64,000 bases of DNA, taken from positions 160,001-224,000 of the forward strand of contig CAVOKF010000004.1 in the NCBI GenBank assembly GCA_963696385.1, in the 5' to 3' direction. Of this stretch, positions 37,289 to 46,971 are shown in pieces. The translations under genes and the position numbers were made by a program. Source of the DNA: an uncultured delta proteobacterium (GTDB lineage Bacteria; Myxococcota_A; Polyangia; Polyangiales; Polyangiaceae). The first letter of the stretch is position 1, and each line of letters opens with the position of its first letter. A model generated the notes under the pieces. The model saw only the letters and a list, made by a program, of their open reading frames with translations, made no database searches and was not told where the DNA came from.

Positions 37289-37912
37289 TCAGGGGGACGT
37301 CGTCCGCGGAGTGCGCCGCGGATGAAAGTTGAAGGGGTAATGGGCCGTCGTTTCGTATCCGCCGGGGCTCGGAGAGAACGGAATCCTGCGGATGACGTCG
37401 ACGACGCAGGCCACGGCCGTCGGTTCGGCAATCTGGCTGCGCGCGACGTCGACCGAGGCGCGCGACACGTTGCCCTTCGGATCAATCGTCCATTCGACGA
37501 CCAAGTCGCCCTCCAGGCCAGGGTGATCGGCGAGGGCCTTTTCGTAGCAGGCGCGTGCCTCGTCACGATGAGCGACGACGAGCGCGCGGATGTCGGCGAT
37601 GCCTCGGCCCGGCTCGCGCGGATGCGCGGCGGCGGAGGGTGCACTCGAACTCGAGGACTCGGGCAGCGGCGATCGTTCTGCGAGTTTGGTCGGAAGACCG
37701 AGGCCGCCTCCGTCGGTCAGCTCGCGGGTCGTCGTGCCCGACCCGGGATCGGCGGTTAGGCCGATACTGCCGTCGAGGTTCGAGTTGGCCGAAGTATCGG
37801 CGGATTTAGCCTCGGACGGGATCGACTGCGCCCCCCCGGCGCAACCCAGCATGCCGTAGAGACCGAGCCAGAAAGGAACGAGGTAGGCCGTACGCGCTTG
37901 CATCGCGTCCAC
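37289..37912 (-). CDS. Lipoprotein with AgmX/PglI (TonB-C-like) C-terminal domain
   Basis: MLGC lipobox; RACYEKALADHPGLEGDLVVEWTIDPKGNV...CVVDVIRRIPF...YPFNF. Confidence 0.82.
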   Translation of the reverse strand: MDAMQARTAYLVPFWLGLYGMLGCAGGAQSIPSEAKSADTSANSNLDGSIGLTADPGSGTTTRELTDGGGLGLPTKLAERSPLPESSSSSAPSAAAHPREPGRGIADIRALVVAHRDEARACYEKALADHPGLEGDLVVEWTIDPKGNVSRASVDVARSQIAEPTAVACVVDVIRRIPFSPSPGGYETTAHYPFNFHPRRTPRTTSP

Positions 37913-38043
37913 GCTACCGCAGGTCCTCGAGGGGAGGCAGCCGGCAGCGCCAACACGCGCATCGAGACCCGCCTGGACCGGCCCCGGCTCGACCTTGGAC
38001 TACGGATCCGCGGCGAATGGGGGTCACCGCAGGACGTGTTCCG

Positions 38044-38622
38044 TTAGCTTGCGGCTTTCAAGAATGGTTCCCATTCTTTGAACTTCCAGCCACTGCCCAG
38101 AAGAATCTGAGCCGTCATCGTCCACTTCGGACGGAACGGACGGCGAGCGAGCCGCATGTTTGCCTCCTCGGGCGTTTTCCACCCTTTGCGCAAGTTGCAC
38201 GGGCGGCACGCCGTGACGAGGTTCTCCCACGAATCATCGCCGCCGCGCGACCGCGGAACGACATGGTCGATGTTGAGCTCCCGCAAGGGCGGACGCTTGC
38301 CGCAATACTGGCATTGCTGAGAATCGCGAAACATGAGGTTGCGTCGAGTCAGGCGCACCGTCACTCGCGGCGTGCGATCGTAGTGCAGAAGATGCACCAC
38401 CCGAGGCACGCGCAGCTCGCCGCCCACCACAGGGATCGCATCATCGTCGTCGCGCACCGGCAAGTCGCGCCAGACGTCGAATTCAAAAGAATCACCGCCC
38501 TCGTCGAGCGCAAGGGCAACACCGCCATACATGAGCACAATCGCGCGCTTCACCGTCGTCACCTGCACCGGAACCAGGTGGCGGTTGAGTACCAGGACGG
38601 GAAGCGAGAGCACGTCGGTCAT
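38044..38622 (-). CDS. HNH endonuclease (McrA-like)
   Basis: VLVLN; RDSQQCQYCG; IDHVVPRSRGG..SWENLVTACRPCNLRKG. Confidence 0.92.
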   Translation of the reverse strand: MTDVLSLPVLVLNRHLVPVQVTTVKRAIVLMYGGVALALDEGGDSFEFDVWRDLPVRDDDDAIPVVGGELRVPRVVHLLHYDRTPRVTVRLTRRNLMFRDSQQCQYCGKRPPLRELNIDHVVPRSRGGDDSWENLVTACRPCNLRKGWKTPEEANMRLARRPFRPKWTMTAQILLGSGWKFKEWEPFLKAAS

Positions 38623-38801
38623 CGTGGGACAAACGACCCGCCCGCGTGCGTCCGGCCATCGGCTTGGGGCCGAGTGGTAAAAACCGTTCTGTCGAGGCGG
38701 GGCGAGCGGGCGGAAGTGTACACCAGACGAGGGCGCGCGCTCGCGCGCCCACCCCGGCGCCCATTTGACGGCGGCACCGCGAGGGCTACCTTTCCAGGAA
38801 G

Positions 38802-39389
38802 ATGACCGCCAAGCCCGATCCGTATGCACTCCGCGTGGCTTCGGCGGACGAAGCACCCCGTCGATCGCGCCGCGACGACGTCGATGCCTCCGCCCGAAAG
38901 CGGTGGCTCGGCCCCGCGGTCGCGGTCGGACTGGCCATGGGGGCGGCCTCCATCGCGGCGCTCGTGCTGACGGGCATGCAAGATAACGCCATCTACTCGA
39001 AACCAGTCGACCAACTTTTGGCACAGAAAGCGAAGTTCGTAGGCCGCCCCGTGCGAGCGGACGGCATCTTGGTTCACCATTCGCTCGTCCGACGCGACCA
39101 GCCATGCGAGTGGCGCTTCACGATCGCGAAAAAGGACGTCGAGCTACCCGTGCGCTTCGCGCAGTGCGTCGTGCCCGATACCTTCCGCGATGTCGACGAC
39201 GTCGACGTGGGGGTTACCGTCGAAGGTCAATTGCAAGCCGACGGCACGTTCGAGGCCACGAGTGTGCTGGCCAAATGCCCCAGCAAGTACGAGATGCAGG
39301 AACGCAAGCAACGCGGCGAGGAAATGCCGCACGGACCGTTTGCCGAGCAGCTTGCGCCTGCGGCGAACGTCCCGCAAGCGCGTCGCTAG
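38802..39389 (+). CDS. ccmE: Cytochrome c maturation heme chaperone CcmE (Cys-type)
   Basis: N-terminal TM; VPDTFRD; VTVEGQL...FEATSVLAKCPSKYE. Confidence 0.88.
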   Translation: MTAKPDPYALRVASADEAPRRSRRDDVDASARKRWLGPAVAVGLAMGAASIAALVLTGMQDNAIYSKPVDQLLAQKAKFVGRPVRADGILVHHSLVRRDQPCEWRFTIAKKDVELPVRFAQCVVPDTFRDVDDVDVGVTVEGQLQADGTFEATSVLAKCPSKYEMQERKQRGEEMPHGPFAEQLAPAANVPQARR

Positions 39390-39479
39390 AGCCCCGGCGG
39401 GCCGCCAAGAGGCAGGCGGATTCTTGCTGAATCGCGCCGAGCTTCTCTATGCTAAGACGCTTCACGATTCGTGAGGACG

Positions 39480-40394
39480 ATGCGATTGCTCCGCGGCCAC
39501 CTGCTCATTCTCGGTTTCGTCGGCGCGGCGATCGCGGTTCCTGCCCAGGCCCAGCAGCCGCCGAGCAACTACCCGCCCCCTTGCGACGGGACTCAAGTGA
39601 GCAAGTCCGACGTCGACCGCGCGCATGCGGTTTTTCTCAGCGGCAAACAGTTCCTCGAAGAGTCCAATTACGACAAGGCGCTCGGCTACTTCCAGGACGC
39701 ATATACGATTGACTGCAGTGTGCACGCGATTTTGCCCATCATCGCAACGGCGTACGAGCGCAAGGGCGACAAGGCCGAGGCCATTCGCGCGCTGGAGGAG
39801 TATCTGAAGCGCGTCCCGAACGCTTCGGATCGGGAAGTCGTCGAGCGCCGAATCAAGAACCTGAGAGAGCAGTTGCCCCGCGAGCCGTCGGCGGCCGCCG
39901 GGGCTGCGAGCGCACCGGCCCCGTCCGTCGAACCGTCGGCCGCGCCGCCGACGCCTGGGCCGGCCGCGAGCGCGCCGGCCTTTTCGCCAACGAAGTTCCC
40001 GGCGCCATCCCCTACTCCGCCCCCGCAGTCCGGACTCGAGGTGCGCCACAGTGGGTGGCCGTGGGTGGCGGTCGGACTGGGCGGGGCCGCCGTCCTCGTG
40101 GCTGCGCCGATTCTCTTCGCGGTCGGCAACAGCGACGTCTCGAGTGCCCAGCTCAAGTGCGGGGGATCCCGTGTCTGTCCCTCGACCGCCCCGCCCGACG
40201 CGATTGGGGAAGGAAACGGAGGTCGCGCACTGGAAACGTCAGCGTTTGTGGTCGGTGGCGCGGGCCTCGCGCTGACTGGAGTTGGCCTGCTTTGGCATTT
40301 CCTCGAGAGGACGGACGCGCCGGCCACTTCGGCCCACGTCGGCGCGGTCATTTTGCCGCACTATGCCGGCGTGGGTGCCTCGAGCCCGTTCTAA
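39480..40394 (+). CDS. Exported TPR protein with Pro-rich linker
   Basis: Signal peptide; TPR YDKALGYFQDAY...AIRALEEYL; C-terminal hydrophobic segments. Confidence 0.8.
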   Translation: MRLLRGHLLILGFVGAAIAVPAQAQQPPSNYPPPCDGTQVSKSDVDRAHAVFLSGKQFLEESNYDKALGYFQDAYTIDCSVHAILPIIATAYERKGDKAEAIRALEEYLKRVPNASDREVVERRIKNLREQLPREPSAAAGAASAPAPSVEPSAAPPTPGPAASAPAFSPTKFPAPSPTPPPQSGLEVRHSGWPWVAVGLGGAAVLVAAPILFAVGNSDVSSAQLKCGGSRVCPSTAPPDAIGEGNGGRALETSAFVVGGAGLALTGVGLLWHFLERTDAPATSAHVGAVILPHYAGVGASSPF

Positions 40395-40399
40395 CCACA

Positions 40400-40432
40400 G
40401 CGCCCCGCTGAACGGTACCCGCTCGCGCTGGG
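40400..40432 (+). repeat. Dispersed intergenic repeat, copy 2
   Basis: GCGCCCCGCTGAACGGTACCCGCTCGCGCTGGG; similar to 29091-29123. Confidence 0.5.
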
Positions 40433-40617
40433 TACGCCCGCGTTGCAGGCGGGCGCTGGACCCAAGCCCCCAATCGCGTCCCGGCGATGGACTGGACGTA
40501 CACCGCCCGGCTGACCCTTTGCTCTGGGGCGGTGTCCGAACGGCCCGGTCGTTTCGATCTCGGGGACCGAAAGACCGTGGCTTTCAATGCGCCGAATGCG
40601 CGCGTACGCTTTGGCCA

Positions 40618-42481
40618 ATGCTTCTCTCCGCACCACCCGGCGCCCGGGGGACCGTCCGGCAAGGCGGGAAGGAGGAGCTCAGGGCGTCCGTCCTCAAGAC
40701 TTACTTGCTTCGCGTGCGCACCGAGCGAGGTGAGAGGGCCGTCCATCAGGTTCTCGCGTCGGCGGGCATCGAGCCCGGCGCGATGGACAATGAGACGGGC
40801 TGGGTCAGTCAACTTGCCGCCAAGCGCGCACTGCGTGCCATTTCCGAGCTTCTCGGACGCGATGCGGTGCGGCATCGGGGTGAATGGACGACCCATCCCG
40901 AGGCGCTCGGCGTCCTCGTGCGGATGATGCGTGCGAGCGCCCGTCCGATCGACGCGTATCGGTACCTCGCGCGCAACGCGCGCGAGGTGACCCGGGTCGG
41001 GACTTGGGAAATCGAAGAGATCGCACAGAGCAAAGGGCTCCGCGGCAACGTCGAAGTGCGCATGACCTACCGCCCCCGGCCCGACGGTACCGACGACTCG
41101 ACCGAAAGAACCGACCTCGGCGCCGAAGAGCTCCTGTGCGACGCCCGAGCGAGCGAGCTCGGTGGCTATCCCCGCATCTGGGGTCTGGCCGAGGCGAGCG
41201 TCGAACACGAGAGCTGCTTTGCGAAGGGCGCGGAGGCGTGCGTGTATCGCGTGCAATGGGCGGGCGAACGCCAACCGAGAGAAGGCTTCGTCTTGGGCAC
41301 GCTCGGCGCAGCCACCGCTTGTGGCGCGATCGTGACGCTCGCGGGAGGCACTCTCGCGGGACTGCTCGCGACGGGCCTCGGTGCGGCACTTGGAGGAGGC
41401 GCCGGATACCTGTGGGATCGGTCGCGCCAGGAACGGGCTTCACGCGTATTCGAACGCAATCGCATTGCCGCGCTCGAGCGCGGCCTCGAGCTGCGAGGCG
41501 AACTCGGATCCGCGCCCGGAGATCTCGACTGGAACGGTGCTCGGCGCCAAGTACCGTATCGGTCGCAAGATCGGATCCGGCGGGATCGGGGTCGTGTACG
41601 CGGCCGAGCACGTCACTCTCGGCCACGAGGTGGCCGTCAAGATTCTCCGCGGTGCGGCGGCTCGCGACGGAGGCGAGATCGCGCGACTGCGTCGCGAGGC
41701 TTACATCCAAGTCCACGTGGAGCACCCGAACGTCGTTCGCGTCCTCGATCTCGATCAAATGCCGGATGGCAGCATCTACGTGGTGATGGAGCGGTTGGTC
41801 GGGCGATCGTTCGCCGATCAGCTGGCCCGCGAAGGAATTCTCGCGCCGGGCTATGCCATCTCCGTGTTCGTCCATGTGTGCCGCGCTCTGGATGCCGCCC
41901 ATCGCAAGGGTGTCGTGCACAGGGATCTGAAGCCGGGAAACATTTTTCTCTGCGACGACGGCAACTCGAAGGTGCTCGACTTCGGCATGAGCAAGCTGGC
42001 GACCGCCGAGTCATTGACACAGACGGGGTACACGCTCGGGACACCCGAGTACATGGCCCCCGAGCAGTGCATCGGCGCTCAGGTCGAGCCCCGGACCGAC
42101 CTCTACGCGCTTGGCGTGATGATGTACGAAGCCCTCACCGGCGAGCTGCCGATCGTCGCGCAGAGCCGTCGCGAACTGCTCGACTTGCACCAGAGACAAA
42201 TCCCGACGCCGATGTGCCAGCGCCGCCCCGACCTAGCGATTCCGGAGGCGCTGGATCGGGTGGTGATGAAATGCCTGAAAAAGCGCCTCAACGAACGCCC
42301 GAAAAGCGCGGCTCAACTCGAGCAGCTGCTCCTGGCGGTGCCGACCGAGGGACTCGTTCATGTGTATCCGCCGGGAACGAGCCGGCGAGCCACGACCCCA
42401 CGCTACACTCACGACCCGCACGCGCAGACGGCCACGGGACCCGCGGCACAGGGCGCGGAACCAGCCCGCGAGGCGAAGTAA
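40618..42481 (+). CDS. Ser/Thr kinase with N-terminal V4R-like sensor and TM hairpin (apparent +1 frameshift near 41527)
   Basis: HESCFAKGAEACVYRVQW; two TMs; then in the shifted frame GSGGIGVVY, VAVK, HRDLKPGN, DFG, GTPEYMAPE. Confidence 0.85.
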
Positions 42482-42490
42482 GACCCGACG

Positions 42491-43456
42491 TCAGCCTCGC
42501 AGCAGCCAGACGAGCCCCAAAAGGCTCAGCCCAAGGACTCCGAGGGCCGCCATCATGACGACCAGATCGGTCACCGACCACCGGGCCGGACGGCGGGGCA
42601 GCGGTTCGGGGCTCCGGCGCTCCCCTTCGCCGTGGGGTTCTCCTTCCCCTGCACCTGGCCCGTCCGGGGCCCTCGGCGCGGCCGGACCCTCGGGGGGCGC
42701 GGGCACGGCGTCGAGGGCGAGCGGCTCGTCGGGTGAGCTCTCGATCCTCGACAGCGCGTCGCTCAGGGGCTCTTCGAGCGCCAAGACGGTTCGCCCGAGT
42801 CGCATCATCTGAGCGGGGCGCCAAGCGATCGGTTCGCCGCCGACCGCACGCACCTCGCCGATCCACGTTCCGTTTCTCGTCCCGAGGTCGCAGACGAACA
42901 CCACCCCGTCGCGACGGACCAGTTGCAGGTGCTCTCGCGATACGTCCGCGTCGGCGAGGAGCAAGTCGCAATGAGGCGCGCGCCCGACGACGTAGTCGCG
43001 ATGATCTTCCGCGACCGGCCAGGCCGTGCCCTGATCGGCCCCCTCCACGACCCGGACCCGCGTCCTCGTGTCGTCGCCCGCGGCAAGAGCCTGAGACACC
43101 AACGCCAGCGCGAGGTCGCGCGTGGCGACCCCCACGTCTCGAGTGACCGGCCGCTGCTCGAGGATGAGCTCGAGCCAAATTCGCCCCACACGCACTCGGT
43201 CGTGCGATCGGACGAGGCGCGACGTGTGCGGCGCGATTCGAACGTCGCCCACGAACGTCCCGTTGGTACTCGCTTCGTCCACGAGGACAAACTCGCCCCC
43301 TTGCGCGTGAATCGTGGCGTGGCGGTGGCTGACGCTCGTATCCGGCAGGCGCACGTCGCTGCCCGCGCCTCGACCGATGACGATGCGCTGCGTCCCGTCG
43401 AACGTCAGACGCACACCGTCGCCGCCGACCGAACGGACGAGGACGGTGATCGGCAT
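42491..43456 (-). CDS. Tandem FHA-domain membrane protein
   Basis: IGR..SHRH..STNGT and VGR..SREH..TRNGT; C-terminal TM. Confidence 0.9.
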   Translation of the reverse strand: MPITVLVRSVGGDGVRLTFDGTQRIVIGRGAGSDVRLPDTSVSHRHATIHAQGGEFVLVDEASTNGTFVGDVRIAPHTSRLVRSHDRVRVGRIWLELILEQRPVTRDVGVATRDLALALVSQALAAGDDTRTRVRVVEGADQGTAWPVAEDHRDYVVGRAPHCDLLLADADVSREHLQLVRRDGVVFVCDLGTRNGTWIGEVRAVGGEPIAWRPAQMMRLGRTVLALEEPLSDALSRIESSPDEPLALDAVPAPPEGPAAPRAPDGPGAGEGEPHGEGERRSPEPLPRRPARWSVTDLVVMMAALGVLGLSLLGLVWLLRG

Positions 43457-43465
43457 CGGCGCCGC

Positions 43466-44434
43466 TCAGGTGGCCGCAATGCCTTCGCGGGCTGAACGAA
43501 AATCCGCCGACCGACGCTCGGCCCACGAAATGACATGCTCGGCCACGTCCTGACCGAGGTGTCGACTGAGCTCTTGAATGCCCGTCGGCGACGTGACGTT
43601 CACCTCCGTGAGTTTGCCTCCGATGAAGTCCAAACCAACGAATACGAGCCCATCGGCGGTAAGACGCGGTGCCATTTTCACCACGATATCTCGCTCGTCG
43701 GCCGTCACTTCGCAGGGCTCGACACGCCCGCCCGCGTGAATGTTCGATCGCACGTCGTCGTCCCGCGCAATGCGGTTGATGGCCCCAAGCACTTCCCCGT
43801 CGAGCAAGAGCACTCGCTTGTCACCGGCAGAGACGGTGGCCAGATACTCTTGCACCATCGCGTGACGAGTTCCGTCCCCGGTGATGTAGTCGACGATGGA
43901 TCGGGTATTTCGGTCACCCTTCGACACCACCATGACGCCGCTGCCGCCGGCACCGTCGAGCGGCTTGACGACGGCCTTGCCGACGTCCGCCACGAATCGA
44001 TGGATGCGATCGCGGTCGCTCGTGACGAGCGTGCGCGGCATGTACCGGGCGAAATGAAGCGTGTAGAGCTTCTCGTTGGCGTCGCGCAGACCGCGGGGAT
44101 CGTTCACGACGAGAGCCCGGCCCCGGAGCCTCTCGAGCATCAGCGTCACGTAGAGGTAATCCGTATTGAACGGCGGATCCTTGCGAATGAATATGCACTC
44201 CACATCCGACAGGCGGACGTCGTGCGCCGGCCCGAACGAAAAATGCGGCGCAGAGTCGCTCACGCGCACTTCGCGGACTCGCGCCCACACGTCCGCGTCG
44301 AGGACGTAGACGTCTCGCAGCTCGCAATGCAGGTTGGCGTGTCCGCGCCGCTGCGACGCACGTTGGAACGCGAACGTCGTGTCCTTGTCGACCACGACCC
44401 GATCCATCGGGTCCATGACGAAAACGAACCGCAT
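43466..44434 (-). CDS. gshB: Glutathione synthetase
   Basis: FVMDP, KDTT, RKDPPF, NEKL, KPLDGAGG, GDKR, RSNIHAGG, TEVNVTSPTG. Confidence 0.96.
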   Translation of the reverse strand: MRFVFVMDPMDRVVVDKDTTFAFQRASQRRGHANLHCELRDVYVLDADVWARVREVRVSDSAPHFSFGPAHDVRLSDVECIFIRKDPPFNTDYLYVTLMLERLRGRALVVNDPRGLRDANEKLYTLHFARYMPRTLVTSDRDRIHRFVADVGKAVVKPLDGAGGSGVMVVSKGDRNTRSIVDYITGDGTRHAMVQEYLATVSAGDKRVLLLDGEVLGAINRIARDDDVRSNIHAGGRVEPCEVTADERDIVVKMAPRLTADGLVFVGLDFIGGKLTEVNVTSPTGIQELSRHLGQDVAEHVISWAERRSADFRSAREGIAAT

Positions 44435-44557
44435 GGCGGGCGCAGCATAGCGGCGGCTGCCCGATCTGTCCTTGCAGGCTCCATAGGCGCCGCGGCAGAC
44501 GCCAGGGGCCCGGGGCCCGCGAGATCGTCGTGGCCTCGCGGCGAGACTCTCGGCCGC

Positions 44558-45409
44558 TCAGCGATCGTCGTAAACCATGGCAGCCAGCTGGGCGGTCTGG
44601 TCCGGACCCATATCGCTGGCGACCAAGTATCCTTCGCCGGCCCGCTGGGTCGCTGCGACCGAGTAGCCCTTCTCTCGACCTACGCGCACTTCGGCCGTGC
44701 CCACCGCGCGAGGCGCCAAGTTCGCGGTGCCCACCTGAATTTTTTGCGCGTCGTAGATGATGACACTCACCCGGCGAGCGTCTTCGCCGGAGCCGACGAT
44801 GTATTGCAGCATCGCTGCGCGTTCGGAATGCAAGGGAACGACACGGCCCCCGACCAGGCGCGCACCGGCCCGCTCGAAGCTTCCCGGTCGCACCGGAACG
44901 CCGACCCAACGCTCGAGCCCGCGCACGGCTTGTGCGTTCGTGGCCTCGGGCGGCAGCGGCTGCGAGTGCTCGGCGACGAGTTCCGCCAGCAAATCGTCCC
45001 CGAACCCCGCGTGGGTCTCGTTCGTCGGCGGCTGCACTCCACGCGTAGCCGCGCCCCACATCAAGGCAATGGCGGCAGCCGTCGCCAACGGGACCAACGT
45101 TCGCCACGACCCCAGGTTCATCCCGGGACCCATCGACGCAAACGCGTCCGACTCGGCAGCCCGCGCTTCCTCGCGCGCCCGCTCGCCGAGCATGGCATTG
45201 CCGATTCGGTCCCGAAGTCCGCTCGGCGCCGATCCCCGCACGACACGCTTCAGGGACCCGCGCATCGCGCGAAGAAGCTGAACTTCTTCGCGACAGCCCT
45301 CGCAGGCCGACACGTGCTCGTCCATGTCGATGAGCTTCGACGCCTCGAGCTCGCCGTCCAGATACGAGTCGCGCATTCGTGCACGATCCCGACACTCGCG
45401 AGCGGTCAC
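44558..45409 (-). CDS. ZAS (HxxxCxxC) anti-sigma factor
   Basis: C..ARMRDSYLDGEL...HVSACEGC; TM; overlaps the sigma stop. Confidence 0.85.
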   Translation of the reverse strand: MTARECRDRARMRDSYLDGELEASKLIDMDEHVSACEGCREEVQLLRAMRGSLKRVVRGSAPSGLRDRIGNAMLGERAREEARAAESDAFASMGPGMNLGSWRTLVPLATAAAIALMWGAATRGVQPPTNETHAGFGDDLLAELVAEHSQPLPPEATNAQAVRGLERWVGVPVRPGSFERAGARLVGGRVVPLHSERAAMLQYIVGSGEDARRVSVIIYDAQKIQVGTANLAPRAVGTAEVRVGREKGYSVAATQRAGEGYLVASDMGPDQTAQLAAMVYDDR

Positions 45410-46086
45410 GCGACACCTCGTCGGCGGACCCGGTAGTCGGCGAGGTTCGCGGTCTTCGCCGGATCGCGCGTCGGCGGAGGCGCCTCGGCAGCATCGCCGA
45501 CGCGCTCCTCGCCCTTCACGATGCCGAGCGAAAGCGCATGATTGTAGAGGCTACGCTGCAACAATTTCCGACCTCGGTGCAACCGACTCATCACGGTCCC
45601 AATCGGGCACCCCATGATCTGGGCGATTTCTTCGTACGAGAACTCCTCCACGTCGCTCAGCACGACGGCGAGGCGAAACTCGGGCGGGAGCGCGTCGAGC
45701 GCGTTGCGAATCTCCTCTTCGACGAGCGGCATCAACGCAAGCGTCTCCGGATCACGAAGCTGGCGCATGGTGCTCGCGCTGACCCAGCCATCGGCCAGCG
45801 GATCGGCGTCGGGCCCGTCGAGAACGGAGCGCTCGAGCCCCCCGCGCCGGTACTTGTTGATGAACGTGTTGGTCAGGATGCGAAAGAGCCACGCCTTCAG
45901 GTTGGTGCCGGCGTGAAACTGTTGCCGTGCCCGCATCGCCTTGACGAAAGCGTCTTGGACCAAATCCTCGGCCTCGGTCGGATTGCGAGTTAGCTTGCAT
46001 GCCACGCCGTATAGCGCGTCCAGATGCGAGAGCGCTTCATCGGCAAACGGATCGTTCTTCGGCGCGTCGAAAAGGGCAGACGGCAT
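45406..46086 (-). CDS. ECF sigma factor, SigR/SigH-like
   Basis: LTRNPTEAEDLVQD..F..GTNLKAWLFRILTNTFINKYRR; FSYEEIAQIMGCPIGTVMSRLHRGR. Confidence 0.93.
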   Translation of the reverse strand: MPSALFDAPKNDPFADEALSHLDALYGVACKLTRNPTEAEDLVQDAFVKAMRARQQFHAGTNLKAWLFRILTNTFINKYRRGGLERSVLDGPDADPLADGWVSASTMRQLRDPETLALMPLVEEEIRNALDALPPEFRLAVVLSDVEEFSYEEIAQIMGCPIGTVMSRLHRGRKLLQRSLYNHALSLGIVKGEERVGDAAEAPPPTRDPAKTANLADYRVRRRGVA

Positions 46087-46134
46087 GGTGGATCGACCTT
46101 TTTTGTTACTCGGTGGAGCGGACGTCTGCCAGCA

Positions 46135-46160
46135 CAACAAGCGCAGGCCGCACCTATTCC
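46135..46160 (-). promoter_or_regulatory. Autoregulatory SigH/SigR-type promoter
   Basis: GGAAT-N17-GTTG about 50 bp upstream of the sigma ATG. Confidence 0.6.
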
Positions 46161-46187
46161 CCATCCCGCGTATGCCGTCGCGGCCGG

Positions 46188-46778
46188 TCAGTGCGGCGAA
46201 GAAGGGCGACCGTCGCTCTTAGAGACCTCTTCGAGCTTGCGCTCGAGCTCATCGATACGCTCGTTTAGGCGTCGAACCTGCAGCTCCAGCTGCTGGAGCG
46301 GCCGGAAGCTCGTCAGAATCGACTGAATCCGCTCGTCCAGCTGATGCTGCACTTCTTCGAGCTTCTCCTTGGCCTGGCCGACCAGCGTCGGTTTCGGCTC
46401 CTTGGCGGCGGAAGCCTCAGCCTCCGGCGACTTGCCACCGGGGATGAGCCGACCGATCGGGCCTTCACGGAGGTCGGCGAGCACCTTCTCCGTGCGTGTG
46501 TGGATGAGCTCTTTCAAGGTTTGAAGCGGGACATTACGCGAGTGAGCCTTCTGTTCCTCGTAAATGATCTGCGCGAGCGTGATTTCAGTCAGGTCGTCTT
46601 TGGTGTTGTTGTCGATGATCTGGACTTCCTCGCCTTCGCGGACCATTTGGGCAATCTGCAGGAGCGTGACGTATCGGCTGTCTTTCGTATCGTAGAGCTT
46701 GCGGTTCGAATAGCGTTTGATGATCCGCTGCGGCGACGGAGGCGCCGCAGGCACCTCGAGCTTGGGGTCCACCATCAT
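46188..46778 (-). CDS. PhaR-like PHA-synthesis regulator DNA-binding domain protein
   Basis: IIKRYSNRKLYDTKDSRYVTL..IAQMVREGEEVQIID..T..DLT..TLAQII; C-terminal coiled coil. Confidence 0.88.
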   Translation of the reverse strand: MMVDPKLEVPAAPPSPQRIIKRYSNRKLYDTKDSRYVTLLQIAQMVREGEEVQIIDNNTKDDLTEITLAQIIYEEQKAHSRNVPLQTLKELIHTRTEKVLADLREGPIGRLIPGGKSPEAEASAAKEPKPTLVGQAKEKLEEVQHQLDERIQSILTSFRPLQQLELQVRRLNERIDELERKLEEVSKSDGRPSSPH

Positions 46779-46887
46779 TCTCCCTGACGCGCCGCGGGAC
46801 ACGCGACCGCCGAGAGTCAAGATACAGGCTCGCCCTTTGCGGGTCGAGAAACGCCACGGCGCACGCGCCTCCGCGTTCTCGGCACTT

Positions 46888-46971
46888 GCTCGGGCGTTTC
46901 GGCTCGGGCGTTTCGGCTCGGGCGTTTCGGCTCGGGCGTTTCGACTCGGGCGTTTCGGCTCGGGCGTTTCG
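46888..46971. repeat. 14-bp tandem repeat x6
   Basis: GCTCGGGCGTTTCG x6; copy 5 begins with A. Confidence 0.95.

Noticed and set aside
37198..37297. SRP (4.5S) or 6S RNA
   Set aside because: There is a GGAA tetraloop on the minus strand, but the SRP CAGG/AGCA internal loop is missing. Too short for 6S.
38044..38622. HNH as an IscB/Cas9-like or RNA-guided nuclease
   Set aside because: 192 aa, no RuvC or PLMP motifs and no evident RNA. It is a common stand-alone family.
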